Below are positions 1-8,586 of a stretch of DNA of 64,000 bases, piece after piece. Location of the stretch: contig JAZQQM010000052.1 of assembly GCA_045629045.1 (NCBI GenBank), positions 6,585 through 70,584 of the forward strand. The letters are read 5' to 3'. The DNA comes from Lachnospiraceae bacterium (GTDB taxonomy: Bacteria > Bacillota > Clostridia > Lachnospirales > Lachnospiraceae). The notes under the pieces are model-generated. The model was not told where the DNA came from and made no database searches. It was given only the letters and a program-made list of their open reading frames with translations. The stretch's first letter is position 1, and every line of letters starts with the position of its first letter. Position numbers and translations under genes: made by a program.

Positions 1-888
1 AATCTCCAGCTGATACTCTTTGAATACATCGAAGTATCTGAGGACAAATCCGTTGTCTTTGTACTTTTGGCCAAGATACAGTTGAGACTTGACTTCGATG
101 TATGGTCTCATTCGACCTTGTGCCATATACTCGCCTCTTGCTCCGCACATAGGACAGGTTCCGTATCGATGTGCTCTTGGCTCTTCGATGCTTCTTTCAA
201 ACAGGCTCTCGTATGATTCGCCCTGTTTCCATCTGCCTTCTGCCACTCCTCCGCAAGAGCTACAACAAACCTTCGCTCTCACGCCGTGTTTTTTGTAATA
301 CAGATAATGCTTGTTGTGGAATATGTTCTTGTCTGCGTACTCAAGGACTTTCTCTTCACTGTATTCCGGGAGAGCTTCGCTTCTTGCTTTGAGAGCATCT
401 CTTCTTTTCTGCCATCTGCGCTCCTGCGCTTTTCTCTGTTTTATTTGGTTCATGCTCCTCTCGGCGTCTCCGAAGTAATTCCACCACGAACCATCGTTGT
501 ATGTGTTGTAGCGGACATCAAAGAAGTCATGAATCCTTGTGAGGTCCTCTGCTGAGTAAAGGACGTATTCTTTGATTCTCTTGGCATACGAGCTTGTGCA
601 TCCCATCGGTTCCCATATCGGGCCTGCTGTGTATTCGTTGAACGTTGTCACCTGCTTCGTCCAGCTGTGGGATTCCGGGAAGTATGTGTCGTAGTCGTTT
701 TTGTTGATAACTACTCGGCATACAGGCTCTTTTTTCTTTCTTGCTTTGTTTTCATAGACCTCAAGGAACAATGTGTCTTTGTCGCCTACTTCAATGACAG
801 CTGTTCGTCCTACGAACTTGACCGTTCTTCCTTTGATTGTCTGTGGTAGTGTCAGGTATGGTATCTTCTCAATCGCTTTTCTCTTCAT
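1..888 (-). CDS. PcfJ-like protein, N-terminal 296 codons (CDS continues past window start)
   Basis: Open frame from ATG at 888-886 to position 1 with no stop; it is absent from the ORF track because it is open-ended. My translation is MKRKAIEKIPYLTLPQ...YLYYKKHGVRAKVCCSSCGG...GTCPMCGARGEY...DNGFVLRYFDVFKEY. The Cys-pair region and surrounding motifs resemble PcfJ-like proteins of conjugative elements, and a GAGG RBS lies upstream. Confidence 0.55.
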   Translation of the reverse strand, partial: MKRKAIEKIPYLTLPQTIKGRTVKFVGRTAVIEVGDKDTLFLEVYENKARKKKEPVCRVVINKNDYDTYFPESHSWTKQVTTFNEYTAGPIWEPMGCTSSYAKRIKEYVLYSAEDLTRIHDFFDVRYNTYNDGSWWNYFGDAERSMNQIKQRKAQERRWQKRRDALKARSEALPEYSEEKVLEYADKNIFHNKHYLYYKKHGVRAKVCCSSCGGVAEGRWKQGESYESLFERSIEEPRAHRYGTCPMCGARGEYMAQGRMRPYIEVKSQLYLGQKYKDNGFVLRYFDVFKEYQLEI

Positions 889-896
889 GGCCGCCT

Positions 897-1382
897 CTAC
901 TTTCCGAGATAGTATTCTCTGATGATCTTCTTCGCGGTTGCCATTCCGGGGATTCCGAATGTCACTCGGCCAGCTGATACGCCTGCTGCCTTCTTGATTT
1001 CGCTAGACAGCTCTGTCTGATGTTTGAATCCGTACTTCATAAGCTCGACGATGCATCCTGCAAGGTTCTTGTTCTTGCTTCTGACCGCTCTTGCGAACTC
1101 TTCGTCCTTGAAGCACATGTCCTTGATGTATTCACACCAGTCTTCCATAAGCTCCGTACATTTGTTGTGAACTTTCTCGACTTCAATCTTTCCGAGAGCT
1201 GCTGCCGAATCGTCGCATAGGAACAGGAGCGTTCCGTCTACGAATACCTCAACGATATCCTCGTCAATTCCATTCTCTTTGGCCAAAATCTTAATTGACT
1301 CGATGTCTCCCTCTTTTCTGAGGTTTACTGCTGTTTCGTTGATTTCTCTTGCACTGTCGAATTCTCCGAATCTGTCATACAT
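897..1382 (-). CDS. PcfK-like protein (family that includes Cas9 inhibitor AcrIIA9)
   Basis: Start trimmed to ATG 1382-1380 (MYDRFGEFDSAREINETAVNLRKEGD...), preceded by AAGGAGAG. Size (~161 aa), the N-terminal pattern and the position directly upstream of the PcfJ-like gene match the PcfK/PcfJ pairs I recall. Not searched. Confidence 0.5.
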   Translation of the reverse strand: MYDRFGEFDSAREINETAVNLRKEGDIESIKILAKENGIDEDIVEVFVDGTLLFLCDDSAAALGKIEVEKVHNKCTELMEDWCEYIKDMCFKDEEFARAVRSKNKNLAGCIVELMKYGFKHQTELSSEIKKAAGVSAGRVTFGIPGMATAKKIIREYYLGK

Positions 1383-1819
1383 AGTTTTCTCTCCTTTTCT
1401 TTTTTGTCGGTAGTTGTTTGCATCCATTCGCTATACGAGTGCTTAGTGTCAGGACAAATTGTGATATTGTACCGTTCTCGGAACTCTTGGAACTGCTGCC
1501 ACTCTTCCATATTGGCCACGTCCTTGCCCTTGGCGTTCTTCCATCCGGCTGATATCCATTTGTCTATCCATTCCTCGCATCCCGTCTTGATGTATGTTCC
1601 TGCTCCGTAAACGAGTACATCGCACTCTTTCCGAAGTCTTTTCAATGCTTTGAGCAGAACCGTGAGCTCCGCCCTGTTCTCTGTCATAGGCTCAAGGATG
1701 TCCGTCTTTGTCAGTGTTGCCACTTTCTCGTTGATTTCTGTCTCGAGAATATATGTGTATGAGCCTGCTTTTGTTCCTGGGCTGTGTATCGTGTGGAACA
1801 TGTATATGTTGACCGTCAT
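1325..1819 (-). CDS. RNase HI-like protein with degenerate active site
   Basis: ENRAELTVLLKALKRL and CDVLVYGAGTYIKTGCEEWIDKWISAGWKNAKGKDVAN align colinearly with E. coli RNase HI NNRMELMAAIVALEAL and [38 protein letters not shown]. The ATG overlaps the Rep stop (ATGA) and an AAGGAGG RBS is present. Confidence 0.6.
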   Translation of the reverse strand: MTVNIYMFHTIHSPGTKAGSYTYILETEINEKVATLTKTDILEPMTENRAELTVLLKALKRLRKECDVLVYGAGTYIKTGCEEWIDKWISAGWKNAKGKDVANMEEWQQFQEFRERYNITICPDTKHSYSEWMQTTTDKKEKERKLCMTDSENSTVQEKSTKQQ

Positions 1820-2553
1820 CCTCCGCCTCCTTCCTTGTCAGTTCGTATCATGGTATATGTGAAGTATTCGTATCCGGTTAGTCCAGAGATTCCGCTTCGA
1901 ACTGAGTCAGGAAGGACCGTATAGCCTTTGACGGCTTTTGTATCCTTTCGGAACTTATTCGCTGAAATTACCTTCTTGGTAATCTTGGGCCGTTTCATAT
2001 TGCGTGAGGCATACCATCTCTTCCCGATCAGCTCTCCCTCGGTTTCCTCGGTCTTGGCTGCGTACTTGATGAAATATTCTGCAATCTTTCCGTATTGCCC
2101 GTTTGATATTAACGGGTCTATGTGAATGCCCCCATGCGGCCAACACTTCCGGATGAGCTCCGTATCACATTTGCTCATAACCATGTGGATGTGTCTTCCG
2201 CCCCTCGGTCCAATCTCTTTCACGTAAACGTATTTCATGTCTCGATTCTGCTTTTTGAACTCCGCTCGCATCTTTCGAAGTGCTTTGCTTGTCAGTTCCT
2301 GCATCTCTTCGCTTCCCTTCGGGAATGTTTTTGAAAAGTCGAGACGTATGAGAAGGTCTCCGTCTGTGAAGTTCGTATTGAGAAGTCTTCGAAGAGTAGT
2401 ACATGCTTGTCTCTGATTCACTTTCTTCTGTGCATCCGATGTCAGCTTCTCTCTCGGTTCTCTTCTCTCTCCAACGCAGTGCCATCTCACTGAATAATAT
2501 TTACTAACCTCGATAGTCTTACCTGCCACACATACCTCTTTGATGTATGGCAT
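1816..2553 (-). CDS. HUH-type replication initiator (Rep, rolling-circle type)
   Basis: Start trimmed to MPYIKEV (ATG 2553-2551, AAGGAGAG RBS). Motifs present are NTNFTDGDLLIRLDF (motif 1-like), GGRHIHMVM (H-U-H) and a Tyr/Lys-rich YGKIAEYFIKYAAK (candidate catalytic Tyr motif). Confidence 0.55.
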   Translation of the reverse strand: MPYIKEVCVAGKTIEVSKYYSVRWHCVGERREPREKLTSDAQKKVNQRQACTTLRRLLNTNFTDGDLLIRLDFSKTFPKGSEEMQELTSKALRKMRAEFKKQNRDMKYVYVKEIGPRGGRHIHMVMSKCDTELIRKCWPHGGIHIDPLISNGQYGKIAEYFIKYAAKTEETEGELIGKRWYASRNMKRPKITKKVISANKFRKDTKAVKGYTVLPDSVRSGISGLTGYEYFTYTMIRTDKEGGGG

Positions 2554-2654
2554 ATAATTCTCTCCTTTTGTCGAATAGTTAATACTTTGAGCAAGAACGT
2601 CAGGGAGCCTCAAACTCCCAATTTTACTTGCTTTTTCTCGGCATCTGCGATATA

Positions 2655-2722
2655 CTTAACTATGTCAGGTAGTTAAGCATATCGGTTTTCTCCGATACGA
2701 GCGATTCGCGAAAGCGAGTCGC
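2655..2722. other. Three consecutive stem-loops between the SleB-like gene and Rep (candidate origin and/or terminator)
   Basis: cttaacta-tgtcagg-tagttaag (2655-2677), tatcgg-ttttct-ccgata (2680-2697) and gcgattcgc-gaaa-gcgagtcgc (2701-2722, followed by TTTTTATTTT on the + strand). Confidence 0.4.
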
Positions 2723-2725
2723 TTT

Positions 2726-3328
2726 TTATTTTGTGCAAAAGTAGTGGTCTCCGACCTTCTTCCAATGTGTTCCATAGTTTCCCCAATCTCCTGCGGTGAA
2801 GTAATATATTCCCGGATAACTCCGTTTGGCCAATTCTATTTTGCAAGCTTCGAATGACTCATCTGATATCGATACGCTCTCAATCATCCCATTGCTCCAA
2901 GTTGAAAACTGATTCTTCTGTGTAATCACTCCCGTGATTGTGTTCGGCCAATCAGGATCATCGACTCGGTTGAGAACCACGTCCGCAACCAATCTCTTTC
3001 CGAGCAGTCCTTGATTCCCTGCCTCTGCTTCTACACACGCAGCGAGCAATTCAAGCTCGGCCCAGTATGCTTCCTCTTCGAGTTGTTTCTTCAAGTCTTC
3101 CTTTGATTGCTCCGGAGCTTCTCTCTCCACAACCTTGAGCTCGTACACCTCAACCGGTTCTCTTGCTTCTCTTTTCGGTATTGGTTCAGTGTGAACAATA
3201 CACGTCTGCGTCTCTGCCTTTCCTATCAATACTTGGTGATAACAACCTGCCCCTGCTAACATTGCGAAGGCTACCATGCCAAGAACTATCGCAATCTCTA
3301 ACGCCTTCGTTGTACCTCTCCTCATCAC
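2726..3328 (-). CDS. Cell wall hydrolase, SleB/Hydrolase_2 family, with N-terminal membrane anchor
   Basis: LLAACVEAEAGNQGLLGKRLVADVVLNRVDDPDWPNTITGVITQKNQFSTW is the typical SleB-type core. An N-terminal hydrophobic segment is present. The start is GTG 3328 or ATG 3325, with a GGAGG upstream. Confidence 0.75.
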   Translation of the reverse strand: MMRRGTTKALEIAIVLGMVAFAMLAGAGCYHQVLIGKAETQTCIVHTEPIPKREAREPVEVYELKVVEREAPEQSKEDLKKQLEEEAYWAELELLAACVEAEAGNQGLLGKRLVADVVLNRVDDPDWPNTITGVITQKNQFSTWSNGMIESVSISDESFEACKIELAKRSYPGIYYFTAGDWGNYGTHWKKVGDHYFCTK

Positions 3329-3331
3329 TTT

Positions 3332-3544
3332 CTAAATTCCTCCTGCAACTTTCTTTTTGAACTGGTCTAACATTCCTCGGTAGATGATGTATGCCGTTCT
3401 CTTTTTCCCCTCTTGCTTTAATGCGTAGCCAATCGGCAACCGCTCCGCTCTCATAAGATATTGAAGAGTCGTGATATCCATATTGAGCTCTGCTGCCGCC
3501 TGCTTGGTTGTCACTCGCTCCATAGCTTTGTCGATGTTAAACAT
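3332..3544 (-). CDS. Small helix-turn-helix DNA-binding protein (excisionase/MerR-like HTH)
   Basis: 70 aa. VTTKQAAAELNMDITTLQYLMRAERLP is HTH-like. Its position between the regulatory switch and the structural genes of the MGE fits this role. Confidence 0.45.
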   Translation of the reverse strand: MFNIDKAMERVTTKQAAAELNMDITTLQYLMRAERLPIGYALKQEGKKRTAYIIYRGMLDQFKKKVAGGI

Positions 3545-3564
3545 AGCCTGCTGCCTCCTTTCAC

Positions 3565-3903
3565 ATTCTTGCGTTACGCAAGAATCGCATTAAAAAAAAT
3601 CTCTTGCACTGTTTTCCCATAATGAGCTGCGATAGTTGCTTTCATATCATCTCCCGGAACTCTCTTTCCGCTTTCGTAAAGCGCATATGTAGACTGAGCA
3701 ATCCCCAGCTCTTTGGCTGTGAAGGCTTGCGTTCTTTCTCCTCTAAGGCTCACAAGATTCTGTGCAACTTGTTCTCTGTCAATTTTTACCATTTTGCATC
3801 TCCTTTCTTGCGTTTCGCAATTTCATTTTTCATATTATTGCATATCGCAAGTGTTGTCAATCACTTTTTGCAATTTTTTATTTGATTTTATTGCGTTTAG
3901 TGA
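3565..3903. promoter_or_regulatory. Operator set for the MGE regulatory switch: repeated TTGCG-N3-CGCAA palindromes
   Basis: ttgcgttacgcaa 3569-3581 lies inside the 21-nt palindrome attcttgcgt-t-acgcaagaat (3565-3585). Further sites are ttgcgtttcgcaa 3808-3820, ttgcatatcgcaa 3838-3850, and a degenerate ttgcgtttagtga 3891-3903. The last three lie in the divergent region between the two XRE genes. Confidence 0.5.
3574..3792 (-). CDS. XRE-family (Cro/CI-type HTH) transcriptional regulator
   Basis: 72 aa. LRGERTQAFTAKELGIAQSTYALYESGKRVP is a canonical HTH_3 pattern. Confidence 0.8.
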   Translation of the reverse strand: MVKIDREQVAQNLVSLRGERTQAFTAKELGIAQSTYALYESGKRVPGDDMKATIAAHYGKTVQEIFFNAILA

Positions 3904-3930
3904 TAATATAGACATAGGGAGGGTTGAAAA

Positions 3931-4287
3931 ATGGCTGAATTAAAGGATATTTTGAAGATTTTAAGAACTGAAAAAAATATGTCACAAGCTGAACTTGCTG
4001 AAGAACTTTCTTGTGGACTTAGCACGATAGCATCATGGGAAACGGGAAACCGGTTCCCTCGTCGTCCGTATATGGAACAGTTGGCCGACATTTTTAATGT
4101 TGATATCGATTATCTCTATGGAAGGACAGAATATCGTCAGAAGATTCATTTTGATAATGACGGAAACATGATGGTTCATCTTTCTGAAGAAGAGTATGGA
4201 ATTATTCTCGAATACAGAAAAGCTGATGAAGCTTCTCGTGATATGGTTAAGAGATTGCTTGCGTATGCGGACGCATTAAAGAAGTGA
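3931..4287 (+). CDS. XRE-family transcriptional regulator (repressor-like, with C-terminal extension)
   Basis: 118 aa. LRTEKNMSQAELAEELSCGLSTIASWETGNRFP. It is divergent from the other XRE gene and sits immediately upstream of the integrase. Confidence 0.8.
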   Translation: MAELKDILKILRTEKNMSQAELAEELSCGLSTIASWETGNRFPRRPYMEQLADIFNVDIDYLYGRTEYRQKIHFDNDGNMMVHLSEEEYGIILEYRKADEASRDMVKRLLAYADALKK

Positions 4288-4296
4288 GGTGATTAG

Positions 4297-5406
4297 ATGA
4301 AGATGCCGAACGGATATGGCAGCGTTGTGAAGCTCTCCGGAGCTCGGCGCAAGCCTTGGGCCGTTCGGGTCTCCTATCTTCAGGAGCAACCCGACGGACG
4401 TGTTATGAGAAAACAGAAATATCTTGCATACTTCGCAGAACAGAAACACGCTCTCACATACTTGGCCGAATATAATTCCGGGAATGTTGTGAAGGAGCAT
4501 GTGAAGTATACGGACGTTCCGACCTTTGCGGAACTGTTCGAAAAATGGAAGAAGTACAGAAAGAGCCTGAAGAACAATCCGGCTCCGAGCACTTGGAGAA
4601 ATTATGAGATTGCTTTCAATATGTTCTCAGACGTTCATCACGAGAAGATTGTATCGATACGTGCTCAGGAGCTTCAGAACTGCATCACGGCTCAGAGTTC
4701 GAAGTCGAGAGCTACTATCGGAAATATGAGAGCAGTTATTCGAGGAATGTGGGAATATGCAATCGTGAATGAGTACACAGAAAAGAATATCACAGAACAT
4801 CTTGTCTTTGAATTTACCGAGAGCGGCGTTCCGGTTCATACAAGATTCTCCGATGAGGAGCTTCGCCAGCTGTGGGATTCTCTTTGGGTCGTCAACAATA
4901 TAGATATTGTTCTCATATATATCTATACCGGTCTTCGACCTGTGGAGCTTCTCGAGATTAAGTCTGAGAACGTGCATCTTGAAGAAAGATATATGATCGG
5001 CGGTGTAAAGACTGAAGCAGGGCGCAACCGTATCATTCCAATTCATGAAGCGATTGTTCCTCTTATCGAATACAGGCTCAAGCAGAACAGACCGTATCTG
5101 ATAACGAACAAGTTCGGGAACCCGTACACAAGAGCCGTATATCATTATTCTAATTGGAATACGCTCATGTTGAATCTTCACTTCAATCATGTGCCGCATG
5201 ATTGCCGGTATACGTTCGCAGCCTTGGCCGACAATGCTTGTATGAATGTGACCGCAAAGAAGATTATAATGGGACATGCGCTCCCGAATAAAGAAGGCAC
5301 AGCCTTCAAAACGGGCGGTCACGCTGACGTTACCCGGGACGTATATACAGAGAAAACTCTTGCGGAGCTTTTGGCCGAAGTGAACAAGCTTCCTACTACT
5401 TTCTAA
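4297..5406 (+). CDS. int: Tyrosine-type site-specific integrase with N-terminal AP2-like/arm-binding domain
   Basis: 369 aa. N-terminus is GYGSVVKLSGARRKPWAVRV. The catalytic region contains GLRPVELLEI, HDCRYTFA and a C-terminal VTRDVYTEK (candidate catalytic Tyr). Confidence 0.9.
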   Translation: MKMPNGYGSVVKLSGARRKPWAVRVSYLQEQPDGRVMRKQKYLAYFAEQKHALTYLAEYNSGNVVKEHVKYTDVPTFAELFEKWKKYRKSLKNNPAPSTWRNYEIAFNMFSDVHHEKIVSIRAQELQNCITAQSSKSRATIGNMRAVIRGMWEYAIVNEYTEKNITEHLVFEFTESGVPVHTRFSDEELRQLWDSLWVVNNIDIVLIYIYTGLRPVELLEIKSENVHLEERYMIGGVKTEAGRNRIIPIHEAIVPLIEYRLKQNRPYLITNKFGNPYTRAVYHYSNWNTLMLNLHFNHVPHDCRYTFAALADNACMNVTAKKIIMGHALPNKEGTAFKTGGHADVTRDVYTEKTLAELLAEVNKLPTTF

Positions 5407-5498
5407 GTTTGTCGCTCACCTGTCTCTCATAAGTAGTGCACTTGTAACAATCGACCTCATTTGAAGCCCTATTATCTCCCTTGATGTGAATATTCAGA

Positions 5499-5536
5499 CA
5501 AAAAGAAAAGCCCCGGAATCCAATGATTCCGAGGCT
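5499..5536 (-). terminator. Rho-independent terminator of gdhA
   Basis: Stem agccccggaatc/gattccgaggct (one mismatch), followed by a T-rich run on the minus strand, just 3' of the gdhA stop. Confidence 0.7.
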
Positions 5537-5548
5537 CTTTTGTGTTTC

Positions 5549-6946
<1,398 letters not shown>

Positions 6947-7026
6947 TCACAAAACCATTAATTATTATAATATGAGCCTTTTTATCATGCAAGAAATTTT
7001 TATATATTTTTCCCGAAAATGCATAA

Positions 7027-7054
7027 TAAAAAGGATGTGCCCTTTGGCACATCC
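7027..7054 (-). terminator. Rho-independent terminator after the SH3-domain gene
   Basis: ggatgtgcc-cttt-ggcacatcc, followed by TTTTTATT on the minus strand. Confidence 0.8.
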
Positions 7055-7064
7055 CTTAAAATCC

Positions 7065-8363
7065 TTATTGCTTATCCAAAAACTCTGATTTGATATATCC
7101 GTACTGGCCATTGTATTTAACCTTTGACCAACCGTTTGTCATCGCCTCAACCAGGTCAAGCTCTGTTCCCGTATAAAGTGTATCGATAATCTCGGCATCT
7201 GTACTTGCCTCCTTACGGATACGTACACCGGAATCATTTACCTTAACCTTACCGGATGTTGTCGTCTTATTTGATGTAGCATCACCGTCGTTATTATCTT
7301 CCTCAGTAATCGTAACCTCGGCATCGCCGATCGTTACTGTCTGAATTCCCTCAAGGAATTCGCTCTTAATAAACGCATGACTGCCTTCATAAATAATCTC
7401 GGACCAACCGTTAGGCTTTTCTTCCACAAGTTCAAATTCCTGACCGATCTGAGCCTTACCTATCTTGTCTGCCTGTTCCGAATCAGACTTTCTTACATTA
7501 ACTACATCGGTAGCCTTAACCTTAGTGGTAACTACCGTCATTTCATCCTGATTATCATCCTCGGATTGTGTATTCTCATCCTCAGGCTGCGGTGTATCCG
7601 GTGTCTCGGCAGAAGCAAGCATTACGCCAACCTCTTCGGAAATCTTTTCTTTAAGATAAGCCACGAACTCATCCACCTCGGGATTCTCCGCAAGAATATC
7701 ATTATACTCAACTACTACTCTGTTATTAAGTTCAACTACATCATCCTGCAATGTAACGGTAGAAATATACTCATATATCGTTTCATCGTAAGTACCGTCC
7801 GATATATGATAGTCTCCTGCTTCATCAGGATAAACGTAATATGTCTGCATTCCCGGCAAAGCTATATCCAGATCCGAAAACTTGGTCTTGGAACATACAT
7901 ATGCGATGTACGTGTTCTCCTCAATACCCGGCTTTGTATATACAACTATCTCCGGATAATTCTCAATGAACTGACTCTGTTCTTCAATTCTTATCTTCTG
8001 AACATCATCAAGATATGTATTTAATGAGGCAACCGTCAAAAGATCGCCCTTTGCCATTGCATCGTAATAATTCTTAACAACGGTATTTACTTCAGGATAA
8101 GCATTTTCTTCAAGTTCGGTTACCGGAGCTTCAATAACCTCTTCACCTGTACTTTCGGCAACCTGAGCTGCAAGTGCAGCAGCCTCAGCCTCCTTTTCAA
8201 GGCGTTCCTTCTTATTGGCATTTAACGCTATAAGCACCGTTACCGCAACGCAGACAACAAGAAGAATAGGCATTACCAGCTTATTATGTTCAAGAATCCA
8301 CTCTTTAATATCAGCAAGTTTATTAAGAATTTTAGCAAACTTACCTCGATTATTTCGTTTCAT
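7065..8363 (-). CDS. Membrane-anchored protein with two C-terminal bacterial SH3 domains
   Basis: N-terminal TM segment (VMPILLVVCVAVTVLIAL), an acidic linker, and two SH3b-like repeats (...VNVRKSDSEQADKIG...NGWSEIIYEG..AFIKSEFL and ...VRIRKEASTDAEII...NGWSKVKYNGQYGYIKSEFL). Confidence 0.7.
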   Translation of the reverse strand: MKRNNRGKFAKILNKLADIKEWILEHNKLVMPILLVVCVAVTVLIALNANKKERLEKEAEAAALAAQVAESTGEEVIEAPVTELEENAYPEVNTVVKNYYDAMAKGDLLTVASLNTYLDDVQKIRIEEQSQFIENYPEIVVYTKPGIEENTYIAYVCSKTKFSDLDIALPGMQTYYVYPDEAGDYHISDGTYDETIYEYISTVTLQDDVVELNNRVVVEYNDILAENPEVDEFVAYLKEKISEEVGVMLASAETPDTPQPEDENTQSEDDNQDEMTVVTTKVKATDVVNVRKSDSEQADKIGKAQIGQEFELVEEKPNGWSEIIYEGSHAFIKSEFLEGIQTVTIGDAEVTITEEDNNDGDATSNKTTTSGKVKVNDSGVRIRKEASTDAEIIDTLYTGTELDLVEAMTNGWSKVKYNGQYGYIKSEFLDKQ

Positions 8364-8403
8364 AAATAATATTAATTCCTTTCAACTCTATATCGGGTTA
8401 GAG

Positions 8404-8475
8404 TGCACCCGACAGGAATCGAACCTGCATTAAAGGCGTCGGAGGCCTTCGTTCTATCCATTAGACTACGGGTGC
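8404..8475 (-). tRNA. tRNA-Arg (anticodon CCG)
   Basis: The reverse complement folds as a cloverleaf. The acceptor stem is GCACCCG/CGGGTGC, the anticodon stem AAGGC/GCCTT with loop CTCCGAC, and the T-arm GCAGG-TTCGATT-CCTGT. CCA is not encoded. Confidence 0.85.
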
Positions 8476-8586
8476 CTAGCATAAAGTTGTTACAAAATTA
8501 TTACGCACACCACTGCAATATGATACCACAGACGCCACATCTTGTCTAGTAAAGCCGTTTCCGCCATTACATATAGTAATTTACAA

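Larger units (their letters stand above)
1..5480. mobile_element. Right-hand end of an integrated mobile genetic element (ICE/prophage-like); the rest lies left of the window
   Basis: Uninterrupted block of MGE-type genes: PcfJ-like, PcfK-like, RNase H-like, HUH Rep, SleB-type hydrolase, Xis-like HTH, two divergent XRE regulators, and a tyrosine integrase at the outer edge. It abuts the gdhA terminator and looks more G+C-rich by eye than the rest of the window. The att boundary cannot be fixed because only one end is present. Confidence 0.75.

Noticed and set aside
89-849. Several 60-89-aa + strand ORFs at the window start
   Set aside because: They are shadow frames of the open-ended minus-strand PcfJ-like CDS (1-888), which translates cleanly and has an RBS.
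7377-8024. 215-aa ORF on the + strand, and similar long antisense ORFs at 4627-5322, 15325-15756, 17341-17787, 19227-19658, 23128-23763, 29652-30215, 44750-45211 and 59460-59975
   Set aside because: All lie antisense to, or overlap, well-supported genes. Their translations are low-complexity or Ile/Leu/Ser/Phe-rich with no motifs or RBS. They are typical shadow ORFs of AT-rich coding DNA.
8364-8586. tRNA-Arg as an integration site for a genomic island
   Set aside because: No repeat of the tRNA 3' end was seen nearby. The 3' end faces the SH3-domain gene, which looks like an ordinary chromosomal gene. No integrase is adjacent.
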